This document shows, one piece after another, positions 1 to 13,000 of a stretch of DNA of 64,000 nucleotides. The DNA is from Perna viridis (Eukaryota). The stretch's first letter is position 1. Every line of letters starts with the position of its first letter. Position numbers and translations under genes: made by a program. Under the pieces are notes generated by a model, which did no database searches, was not told where the DNA came from, and saw nothing but the letters and a program-made list of their open reading frames with translations. The stretch is taken from assembly GCA_037379345.1 (NCBI GenBank), contig CM074512.1, positions 16,306,001 to 16,370,000 on the forward strand. The letters are read 5' to 3'.

Positions 1-3000
1 CAGACCTGCTCTGAATGGTGGCAAAGAATGTCCAGATCTCGTCCAACTTGGCAAAGGTTTGTGTCATTTATTGGCTTACATACTTTGAGCTATAAGTTCA
101 ATAACAAATCAGGAGGGGTTTATTATGTATACTCATACATGTAAGTCATGCGAATGTAAGAAATGATAAAAAAAGGGCGGATATCATTTTTTATCTGAGT
201 TATAAATATAGTTATACAGGTGGGATTACTGTCAACATTACATTGATTGTCCTTTTAAGTTCTTAACTTTAAGACAAAATCATGATCTTTTAACTGAAAT
301 TTGTTATCTGCATCAACATTTTATAAACGATCCTTTCAAGAAAATATCTCAAAGTATTAAAGTTTAGACTAGGTAGTTGTTTTAATAACTTGTGCTTATT
401 ACATAGTTAAGCCTTAAGTACCATGTGTTACAAAAAAAGTTAAAGATGTGAAGTTTGAAAGAAAATTACTGTTGGGATAGTTCAATGCTTTGTTTTTTAT
501 ATGTTGTGTTTTTAAAAAGTAAAGAAAATTTGATTGAAAATCTGGATAACATATGATTCATTATTATAGTGTTGGGCTGATTTTTACTATAAGGGTATCA
601 AAATATTAGAGTTGTGTTGAAGGTAATACCACACTTTTTTAACTTGCCATTTGTGAAGAAGCTCTGCTATCCTTGGTTCTTTGAAAACACGTCTCAATAC
701 TTACCAAATAAAGTAATGAAGAAGCATCTTTACAGTCAAGAAAATAAAATTCTAAGAAATTGATTTTTTGTTTATCGTCAAACAGTTTTATATGAATCAT
801 CAGGTCTGAAAGATTTGCTTCATGTAATATATGCTATTTCAATGTAACTTTTCAATCTTTTAGTACCATTGCCATGTATTGTGTCTGAATGGACCACATG
901 GTCACCACCTGATGCTTCTGGAACCAGATACAGAGTTAGATACATGACCAGACCTGCTCTGAATGGTGGCAAAGAATGTCCAGATCTTATCCAACTTGGC
1001 AAAGGTTTGTAAAAATTTTCAATTTACCAATTAAAGTGATAATCTGATTTATGTTTTCTTAAATGAGAATTTATTAGAGAGAACTGTTTGAGGTATTTTG
1101 CTGTAAGCCTATAATTATTTAAATCATGCATTTTTATCATTGATGTTTAGTGTTGTTGCACAGGTAAAATTGTTTATCTACATAAAAGTGTCACTGGAAA
1201 AATCAGAATAAACATTTGACACTAAAGTTAAAATTTGGGCATCAAGTTTGATTCCATAGTTCTATAATCTTTAAACAAGTACAATGTCCTCCCCAACATT
1301 TGATAATTCCTGAAACTGGTACTTATTAAACTAACATGTACTACTAATTCTGATTCAAAATCAGGTTGAATATCTGAACTGGTCCTCTGGGAGCATCTGG
1401 CTGCCAGTATTCAATATTTTCAGGATCAGAATATTATATTAAGACACATCAAGATTCTCATCCACCAGCAACTAAAAAAAAGGGGGCTGGTGGGAGGATT
1501 TTATTATATATTTTTAAAAATTTGTCCAATATTTGTAAAATCTTATTCCTGCTGATGAATTTGTTGAAGAACTGGATATGTGTATGTTTGGGTATGTTTG
1601 TGCCATACCAAGGCTTTATTTCTTTAATTCCCCTTATAATGCGATTAACAACGAAAACCATCCTCAGATCTGCCGAAAAATATCAAGATATTCTGTAAAT
1701 ATACACCTTGTTACTCATTTTTCAACCATTTGTAGTACCACTGCCATGTATTGTGACTGAATGGACAAGATGGTCTGCACCTGATGCTTCAGGTACCAGA
1801 TACAGAGTTAGATATATGACCAGACCTGCTCTTAATGGTGGAAAGGAATGTCCAGATCTCATCCAACTTGGCAAAGGTATGTTATAAGAAAGCATTGACT
1901 ATTTAAAATACATCCTGTTCCTTTATAAACTGGTTAATTTTTGTCATTACAGTATAGATGACGTAACAAGTGTTGAAAATATAATGCTTTATTAAAGAAG
2001 AAGAATTTTTATTATGAATTATAAAAAAATCTGTACTTATTACTTAGTGTACGTTTTTTATATTTTAACATACAAAAAACATGTGCTTGTTAAAGCCTCT
2101 GCTTGCAAGGTAAGAGGGTATATAAGAGTCCTTCTGTCTGTCAATCTGTCCCAGTGGTATAGCTTGCATTTAGGCATCCTCATCATTAAACAAAATTGGA
2201 TTTTTGTTATTGTTTTAAGCAGCCACTGTGTCCATTTGTCTGTTAACATATGTTGTAATTGCAATTCCTTATAATCTGCTGAAGGGATTTGTAGAAATTT
2301 TATGGGAAAGTTGGGCATCGTACATGTATGTAGATATGAATGTTGTCTGAGGACTTCTAAAGGAGATAAGCCAACTTCAGTATTACTTCACAAGCACAAT
2401 TAGATAAAGGGATTTGGTGAAAATTTTATACAAGGTTGGGTATTGATGTAGATGTGCATGAAGGAATATATTTTTTTAAGGGACTCCAAAGGGAAATATT
2501 TCAATTTTAACTCTCACTAACCATATCAAATGTTTTCATTACTTTACATGTTAAAAAAGTAAATTTCAAAGTTTCACTGTGAATTCCCAGGACAAATGAC
2601 ACCTTAAAGTTGCATACCATTGCTAAGCTTGGAATATAAGGCTTTTAAAATCATAATGCTAATGGTATGATGATTGTAGAAAATTTTCACAAAGTTTACT
2701 TGAATAAATAATACTGAAAATCCACAATTTTACCATTTCTGCTAATTGACAGCATTGAGGCAAATAACTAACACTTGTAAACAATATTCATACACATTTG
2801 TAATAAATTGCAAATATGATTTTAGAGTACACATTCTCAGCTTTATATTGAGTACTTTTGATCAGAATACACACAAATAATGCACTTACAATGCATTGGT
2901 CTAGGTTCAGCATGTATTTGGTACTACATAGGGGAACGGCCATTTTTGACCCGAAAGTGGTTAGTGAGACCTAAGGGGTTTTACATTTAAAATTCAGCTC

Positions 3001-4019
3001 CCTTTGCAGTGTTTATAGTGTAATCTACTAAGACGAGTGTTGAGATGTTATAAGTTAGCAAAACTAAGAATTAAAGTGTAAAATTTGTTATTTAAATTCC
3101 AAACAAATTTTAACTCATATTATATTAGAGAGAATGAAGGAAACCAGATTTAATAAAAAAAAAATTTGGTATGATATGTGGTGATTAATTGTATTTTTGT
3201 ACTTTTGAACTAAGTTCATTATTTTAAATTTCTTTTGTTGGAATATTTTATTTTCTGCAAGATATTTATTCATGGTTCCTTTTTTGTATATTTTTAAATT
3301 GACAGTACCACTTCCATGTATTGTGTCTGACTGGACTGAATGGTCAGCACCTGATGCTTCTGGAACTAGATACAGAGTTAGATACATGACAAGACCTGCT
3401 CTTAATGGTGGACAAGAATGTCCAGATCTCATCCAACTTACCAAAGGTAATATGTGCTCCTTTTAAAACAATCTTGTTATTCAGGTACATATAATTTGCC
3501 TTTAAGTTACAGTGAACTTCTTTATCTTAATGTTTTCTAAATGCTGAGGTTTTCTGATGTCTCTAGTTCAGTCCCTAAAACCAGAAGGTTTATTTGATGA
3601 ACAGTAGAATCATTTAAGAGTTACATAGGCTTTTTGTTACATAATCATATACAGTTTCATAAAAGAAGAAACTGATTCCTCTAATTAAAGAATTGTTCAC
3701 TCACTGTTAGAGCATTTGAATAGCCATTAATAATATGTGAATAACTGTCTTCTTCACATACGAGTTCAGTAGTATTTTGTATACTGCTTGCGTGTTTTGA
3801 ATTGAATAAATTGATTTCAGTATAAAATGAAAAGATGTGAAAAACTATCAGACAATAGTTAAAAATCAACTCTTTCAGTACCACTGCCATGTATTGTTTC
3901 TGACTGGACTGAATGGAGTAAACCAGATGCCACAGGAACCAGATATAGAGTTAGATACATGACCAGACCTGCTCTTAATGGTGGAAAAGAATGCCCAGAT
4001 CTTATTCAAATGGGCAGAG
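1..4019 (+). CDS. TSR exon block 1 (A-type: ...RYRVRYMTRPALNGGKECPDLIQL[G/T]K); 5 exons
   Basis: Exons <1-56 (partial), 864-1004, 1736-1876, 3306-3446, 3879-4019. Complete exons are 141 nt with ag|TA...G|gt boundaries. Confidence 0.92.
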
Positions 4020-7000
4020 GTAATGAATTACTTGTTCATTCTTTGTGTTGGATTGGTAGACTTGAAATTTTTACTGGTACATGTAGTTATAATGATGTGA
4101 AACTAATGGTTGAGAAACAAAATTTTCCTTGTATACAAGAAATGATAAATTATCCTAGTACATCAATTCATGGAATGATTTGCTGTTTGTCCATTCTTCT
4201 TCCTTACTCCTCTTTATTCAAAAAATATCTGTGTTATTATCAAACTGTTTGTACCAGTGAATAGTGAGTATGCCATTTAAAAAGAAACATTTTTATTCAC
4301 ATTTGTTTTGTTTTTATGTGCTTTTCATTTGATATTCAGTACCATTGCCATGTATTATGAGTGAATGGACTCCATGGACCAAACCAGATGCTACTGGAAC
4401 TATTTATAGATACAGATATGTCCTTAGACCAGCTCTTAATAAGGGCAAAGAATGTGAAGATCTCCTCCAACTTAAAAAAGGTAATTGATTTCATTTGGTC
4501 TAAATTCTTCCAACAGATATGGCTTGATGATGGTGGTTATATAGCAGTATGAGTTACATGTATATGTTATGTTATTAGGAAAGGTCAATGTTAATTTTTG
4601 AGGTGCCCAACTAGTCCATATACTGACACTTGATCTTAATTTACTATTAATATTATACCATAGAAACATCTTAAATAACTGTAATTGTAAATATTCTCAC
4701 ATATTTCATGATCAGTAGTTATTCACAAAAAGTACCTGTTAATATCTATACTAAGTAACATTCAACATAAAGCCAACTTAAATACTCTTGAAAATGTTTG
4801 TGAACTATCAATTATTGGAATAAGTACTGAAGAAAATAAGTACAAATACTTAAGTGGGTAATTAGCAATCTTTAAGGACTAGTTTATCTAAGAATCAGGC
4901 AGAAGGTGATAAGTCAATAATTGTATCAAATCTCTGTGTCTCATTAGTGATCTGAGAACCAATAACAGTAATGAAGTATGTTTGGAAGAAGAGAATTTTT
5001 TTCAAAATTTTTTTTTAAACTGTTACCATTTGGAGGGGATATTTCTATGCTATTTGATAGTGCATGAGTCAAAACTCAGATTCTTTACAACATTGAATAT
5101 AAAATATGAATCACAAAAAAACCAACTTTTCTTGCAGTACCACTGCCATGTCTGATGTCTGACTGGACTCGTTGGTCAGTACCAGATGCCACAGGAACTA
5201 TTTATAGAGTCAGATATGTCCTAAGACCAGCTCTTAATGGCGGGAAAGAATGTGAAGATCTTATGCAACTTAAGAAAGGTAATTTTGATGGAAAGTTAAG
5301 CTCAAAAAGAAGGGAACTTTAATATGTATCCCATGCATTAAACTTGCTGCATAAAGTCTTTCATTTTTTTTTACAACACAACGTTTCATTGCAGTTCTGC
5401 AAAATAATCATGATTTAAGATTACATGAAGCCTTGTTTATAGTTTTGATTGGCAAAAAAAAAACAACCTATAGACAGTTAGATTCACATCCAAGTTTCTT
5501 ATGTATATTTTTTGTTTATTCATGAAGTTGGCCTATGAATTTTGTAGGCTTTATAATAGATGCTTGATAAGTCAACATGAAATGATTTTGATTTTTTACT
5601 TCTTTAAGCAAATCTTTTCTGTAAAATAATGAAACAAAAACAAAAGTGCAAAAAATTCTTTATGTAAGTTTTCTTTTTGAAATTAAGTTCCACTGCCATG
5701 TATTGTTTCTGATTGGACTGAATGGAGTAAACCAGATGCCACAGGAACCAGATTCAGAGTTAGATACACAGTCAGACCTGCCCTCAATGGTGGCAAAGAA
5801 TGTCCAGATCTTATGCAATTGGCCAAAGGTAATTATTAAAATTTTGAATGTTCAGTCAAAAAGGGTCAATCAATTGCAGGTTTTTTCTTTTAGTTTTTTT
5901 TTTCTGAAAGATGATTGTTTATTATACAGGAAGTACAGTACCATATTTTTCGACCTATAAGTCGAGGTAGAATATAAGTTGAATCACCGAATTTTGACTA
6001 AAATCGACAATAAAAACATCGACAAGTCAGATTTGCCAGGTAAGTCAAGGGGCAGACGTGCATCTTAGGTCATTGATGTAAACTGTTGTGTCAAATCATA
6101 TTATTTAACTTTAGATGATATCTTTAAGTTTGTTAGTATTTTTAATAAAGCGTATTTTGTAAATGAGTTTTTTTAGTTCTGTGTCAATTGCTTATATATT
6201 GAAACACAAAGGTGTTCAACATGTCAAGGGTGGGCACCCAGATGTAAAATTAGGACAGCCAGTCATAATTAATTGTTACCTTTAAATCTGGTTGCAATTA
6301 GCCAGTTAGATAACACTTTAATTAATTATAATTTGTGCCAAGTGTGAATGTGTACAACATACTACATACTGTAAATGGGTATAAATTTGGATATAAAAGG
6401 ACTGATAACTCTGGAATACATGATTTGATTAAAGATTTTGAAAACGTTGCTAACTCATTGATAAATGTATGTAAAAACTATTTGATCAAAGCCCACAAAC
6501 ACACAAACAGTATCTTAAGGTCAAATATGCTACAACCAAGTAACACAAAGGAATGAATGATTTAGTATGTAGTACAGGCAAATATTTAAAGTTTACTCAC
6601 TATGGATCAGAGTTAGAAATAGTAGCCTGCCTGCCAGCCCAAGCTGTTTTTTGGCAGGGCTGGCTAATTTGAGCAAAAATTTATATAGTCATATAGTAAA
6701 TATATTGAAAAAATTGTATTCAGGACTGGCTAGAATTTGAGGGAGTTTCCTACCCTCCTATGGATTACTGGGTAAATAAATATGAAAAATAGGCACAATT
6801 TATAAATGATTTGAAATATCTTGATATTTTAGAAAACTGTTTTAATGCCTTGTGTAGTATTTAACTTATTTTCATATGATTGGTTCTGACTTAATTGCAC
6901 TGATAATACTTATTCATTTCAGTACCACTACCATGTATTATGTCTGAATGGACACAGTGGAGTAAACCAGATGCTACTGGAACTATTTACAGATATAGAT

Positions 7001-10000
7001 ATGTCATCAGACCAGCACTCAACAAGGGGAAAGAATGTGAAGATCTCATGCAACTCAAGAAAGGTACATTCATTGTATCTATAAACATATATTGTCTGAT
7101 AATGCTTTAATTGATGTCTCTAAATAGTAAGTTAATTTGTTTTTGTATGAAATATTATCTGCCATGAAGTTAAAGAACACCTGATGAATCATTTAAAAAT
7201 TGATGTGTGTTTCACTCTATTTAAGTTGTGACAATGGACTTGATTTCATGGGGATAATTTCTTTTTTTAGTTCACAATGTAATACATTTATGATTATTTG
7301 CTGACAACCATTCTTGCTTGATACAGTGATTGATTTGATAGATCAATTTGGCAAAAAATGAGAAAATGTAACATAGAGAAGTAAAATGCTAAAGTAATGA
7401 AGATTTTTATTTAGTTTATGGAAAATTATTTCTTTTTACAGTTCAATTGCCATGTTTGATGTCCGACTGGACTCGTTGGTCTGTTCCTGATGCCACTGGA
7501 ACTATTTATAGAGTTAGATATGTCCTAAGACCAGCTCTTAATGGTGGAAAGGAATGTGAAGATCTTATGCAACTCAAGAAAGGTACCATTTCTTTAGATA
7601 TGATCATACAGTTAGTTTGGCTTCTGGTCAAAAACTTTTTCTGAACTTTCATTAACAGTGTAATTGTTTGAAAAACTTCCATGATCATTTTTAAAGATTT
7701 AATCTAAGTTTTAACAATGACCTTGATTGATAATTGGAAAAATATTTAAATAAGAAAAAGCTTTTTTGGGTTGTTATCCTGACATTTATCTGAAATATTA
7801 TGCTTCATTTATTTTTTTCTAGTACCACTGCCTTGTATTATGAGTGAATGGACCCAATGGACCAAACCAGATGCTACTGGAACTATTTATAGATACAGAT
7901 ATGTCCTTAGACCAGCTCTTAATAAGGGCAAGGAGTGTGAAGATCTCATGCAACTTAAGAAATGTATGTATAATTCAAATCCATTCAGGGATTGACTTGA
8001 ATTCTCAAATTATTCTTTTCTGGTCTTCTCCAAAGTCGATAAAATCAATATTTTATGTTACCTAAATAATAAAGAAATAATAAATCTATTACAAAATCCA
8101 TCATCAGTTCGTACTTCGTTACATGACAATGGTATACAGTGTAGTTAGACTACGAGGTCTTTATCATTGTAGTACCTTTACCATGTATTGTTTCTGATTG
8201 GACTGAATGGAGTAAACCAGATGCCACAGGAACCAGATTCAGAGTTAGATACACAGTCAGACCTGCCCTCAATGGTGGCAAAGAATGTCCAGATCTTATG
8301 CAATTAACCAAAGGTTTGTTATTTTTTTGAAAATGAACCAGAAATTTGTCTGACTATTCTTGCTTAATGCTTTATGGGGATTGTGTGAATTTTTTTCTGT
8401 ATTTCTAATTAAATCTTGTTTCGTTTTGAGCAGAGGAATGGTCATATTTAGGCAAATCATATTGGTATGTGAATGTACTTATTAAAAAAAAAACAGCCAC
8501 AAAGAAGATTTTTCAATTTCATGACATTCAAATTACATACATAGGCCTTTAGATAGTGTTCAATAAAGGATCTTTTTTCTTTAAAATCATATGATTTAAC
8601 TGATCATTCTATATGTATATTTATGACTCTATGGTAATGCACAGAATGAATCATATACTATAGGTTAAATAAGGAAGAATCTAATCTTGAGTGTGTCTTT
8701 CATCTTCTACAATTTTTTCTACAATTATTTTTATATGGTGATGCTTGTTTCCAAATATTCATTCGTTTTACATTTGCAGTTCCATTGCCATGTTTAATGA
8801 GCCCATGGACCCCATGGAGTAAACCTGATGCTACAGGAACTATCTATAGAGTCAGATATGTCATCAGACCAGCTCTTAATGGTGGCAAAGAATGTGAAGA
8901 TCTCATGCAACTTAAGAAAGGTATGGAATATGGGAATATAGAGGAGATGTCAAATGTGATGCTACTGATGAACTTTCTGCTTGTAAAGTAACAAAACGTA
9001 CAACTGGTATATTTAATCAAAGACTGAAGTCTTTAAAGTCGCTAATCGTCAAGTATTCTCTACCACTGATTTTGGCTTCAAGGTACATTTAACATCTGAA
9101 AAGGCATGAATGCGATATGCTCTAAAAACTGATGACTTTTAGAGTCTGGGTTCTCTTGATATGATTGTGTACTCTTTCATAATCGTGATGACCCAAAAGT
9201 TTTCAGTCAAAACAACTGGTTACCTGGAACCACATTAAACAACTGGGAATGGCTATATATAGATATTGGGGTCATGATAATGTAAATGACGTATATACAG
9301 TCGAACCTTAATGTGTCGAACTCGGATATGCGAAATCTCGGATAATTCGAACTAATTACAAAGTCCCAGCAAAACTCCCCTTGCTCCAATACAATTTTAC
9401 TTCGGATGACTTGAACTTGGATGAATCGAAACCTCAGATAACTCGAGGTAATCAATTAATCTCCTTGACAGGACTTTGAGGTTAATTAACCCTGATGTCT
9501 CGAAGTCAACTAATAAAACTGATTGTTTTATTACAAACAATGATCGAAGTGTGTTTTAACAACAATTAGCGTGGCTATTAAAATTAAGTTGACACTCTTT
9601 ATGGTTTGATTTGTTTATTTAATTAATTTAAAATTGCACGTTTTTAAAATAAACGAATTTTATTAATAACACATCGGAACAGTGATATCGGATATTTTGA
9701 TATTTTGAAATTTTTTTTAAAAATACAGATGAATTATAATGGTATCTGACTTTAATGAAACATAAAACAGACGATAGTAAGAGTAGTAAGAGTATTTCAA
9801 CGACTACATTTGTTTCACTAGTGAATCTGAAATTTTATCGTAATATTGTGGAGCACATGGTTTGTGGATACTCCTGATTGTGAATCAAACAAAGCAGCAT
9901 GTTATGAACTATGGCATTTTTGATATAGAAAAAATAAAAAGGAAATTTTTCTAAAATACTGGCTGCCATTCAGTATTTCAAACATGATATACATACAAAA

Positions 10001-13000
10001 AAATATCTTCCGATATGAAAGGCATGACATTACGGAGTACCGTGTAAAGTGAAGCACATGTACATGTACAAGCATGACAAATGATGTAAATACAGAAACA
10101 ATCATGGACAAAACTACTAGTATTTCCGGTTTATCCTCGACCTCGGATTACTCGAACCTCGGATAACTCGAACATTTTTGCATGATCCTTTCAACTTAAC
10201 GAGGTTTGACTGTAGTCAATTGTAACGAGCCTCTGTGTTTGAATCGGAAACTGGGTAATACTACATAAATTCAATGCTAACTGATCATTTCATCTGTTAA
10301 TGTAAGCTTCCCATTCTCATACAAGCTAACAAACACAAATAGACATGTTTATATTATTTAAAAGAGGTGCATTTTAGCAATCTTTGGGTCGCTTATTGGC
10401 CAGCGGATCAGATTAGGAACCAGATTGGCAATGATTATTCATAGATATCTTAGCCTTGCTCTTGTATATGACCTATATAGTCTTGTAACGAGCAGCTGTA
10501 CCTGAATAGGAAACCGGGTAAAGTTCAATGCTAATTGATCACTTCATGTAAACTTCCTGTTCTCATATGATCCAATGACAAAATAATCTGAAAATTTTCA
10601 ATGCAATACTGCTTATATTCAACTTTATCGTTTCTTTGGCATTTCAGTTTTAATCTTTCTTATGTTAGAACCTCATTCTGCTTCAGTTTGAAGGGTTTTG
10701 CATTAACTTGCAGCATATTATTTTAAAAAGAACAAAATATTTATATATTGGCTACATGTATTTGAATTCTTTTTTCTTCTTCAAAAATGAAGATAAAGAA
10801 GTAGCTATTATATTATTTTATTATAGTACCACTTCCATGTATTGTGTCTGAATGGACCAGATGGTCAGCACCTGATGCTTCTGGAACCAGATACAGAGTT
10901 AGATATATGGTCAGACCAGCTCTTAATGGTGGAAAAGAATGTCCAGATCTCATCCAACTTGGCAAAGGTGAGAAAAAAAAAGTTTATTTTCATTGAAGCC
11001 CCATTTGGTTTAATGAGAAAATCAGTTTCATTTACGGAATTGGCTAGATATTATAAAATTATTTAATGCTTATCAGAAATTATAGGCATTAGGGGAATGA
11101 ACATGATTACTCTGCTATTTGGAAATCTAAATGCACTTTTAGTATCTGTTTCTTTTGTTTAGTTTTATGGTATGCGCAGTTTTACATCTTTGAACGTAAG
11201 CTGCTAATTTTAATTGTGATTTTTATACAAGTGCAAACCTTTGTTGTATAATGGTATGGTGCTCTCATGTCAGCATCATTATCCTTTATGTCATTTTTTG
11301 TAGACATTTGGTTTTTATGTGATGAATTGAATGGTAGTAGGTTGATCATAAGGCCACACCATTTTAATTTTTCTTTGGACATACCTGCCTGCATGAAATG
11401 AAAAAAAAAATATCATTAAATGTTGTTCCCACGTACCTGGATGAAAAATCGTGTCCATTTCCCACATCTGTTTTACTATTATGATTGAAATAATATAAAT
11501 TCACGACCACCAGATTGTTTGATTTGGTGAGAAATCATGGTCCTTCAAGCTGATTTAGTATTAACACAGATTTTATAAATCAAAGTCAAGGATGATTGTT
11601 GACTAAAGATGCCGACTTTCGTTGTGAAAATTAAGGATGCTGAATTAGCATAAGGATTGCTTTCAATGGCAATATCATGTGCTGGTAGAAGTTTTGTGGA
11701 TTTATTTTTGATTTTGCTTTCACACAATAAAGCTTTATTTGTCTGCTGATAATATAGAGGTATGCTTAAAACTATAAAAGTCTGATCTGCTTGTCACTTT
11801 GTCAAGTTCTTGGTGTAGGCCTACACCTCAGAAAGTAGACATTGTATTACTATGTATATCAATAATGCTAAACATGTAGATGCATCTAGTAGTGTTCCAC
11901 TGCCCAAAAAATTTTTGTTTGATTTGAATTGTATATAAATTACTCTGGTAAAGATCTTACGTTATCTTTGACGGCAGACCTGGTATCTTTGACGGCAGAC
12001 CTGGTATCACCATGGTATGATAATGATACATGTATGTCTTAAATTGAGGCTTCTTAGAAATTGCTTTACAATTAAATAACTTCCAAGTCACTTTGACCTA
12101 CATTTAATGACTTAAAATTTTGATAAATTCTTTGTATGGGTCCAGTATCAGAAAGAATAAAAATCAAGGGACAAAGCACAAAACCTGAGAATACCAGAAC
12201 AAACCAGACATGGCAAGGACATCTAAAATGCCTCTGGAAATGATATTTAACTTAAAAATAATCAAATTTAAATGGTTTATTGAAAATCCATACCATTTTT
12301 TTCATAGATACTGTTGAAACCTACAATTTTATGTTTTGCAAAAAAAAATCACTTGGCTTTACTATTTGAGCTTCACTTTAAAAATTTGCAATATGCTTGC
12401 TCACCCCAATTGTTAAAATGGGAAAATCAGTAGAACAAGAAATTAAATTGGTGTGGCCTAATAAAATTTTATAACTAGGTTCCATACCTTAAAAGGAAGG
12501 TTTGCATTGACTTTTGAGAACTAGTACAATCTAATTAAAATTATACCTATCAGTTGTTCCATTAAGTCACAGTTTGTATAGGATCTAACAACACTCCATT
12601 CTACTTTCTGTTATGATGAACTTTCTGATCAATCAATCAGATTCCATCTTTCATGATTTTGAAAGCATTATTCATAGGAAGAAACCCAAGGATTCTGAAA
12701 AAGGTCATCTGAACAGCTAGTAGAATGGAGTGTTGTTAGATCCTGATAGGTCTAATTTAGATTGAAACCAGCATTTCTGTGAATTCTGTGAAATTGTACC
12801 ACAATGTGACATCACAAAAAGATGGCTGGGACTGATTTTTGTGTTTGTGACTTATGCCACTTAGGAATAAGGGTCCATAAAGAAGCATTTCCTGATGTCT
12901 GCATAATAACTTCACTAAAAAGTATTTTCTTTTTAAAATTGCTCCAAAATGTGTTATTTCACTGAAGGAAGGCAGTAAAAACTGATTTTTGAGGTTGTGA

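Noticed and set aside
5939-6050. Mariner/Tigger-like terminus (TACCATATTTTTCGACCTATAAGTCGAG)
   Set aside because: I could find no matching inverted end or TSD, so no element boundaries can be supported.
11963-12008. 21-bp tandem duplication TATCTTTGACGGCAGACCTGG
   Set aside because: It is an ordinary slippage duplication in an intron. The CAGACCTG overlap with the exon consensus is too short to be meaningful.
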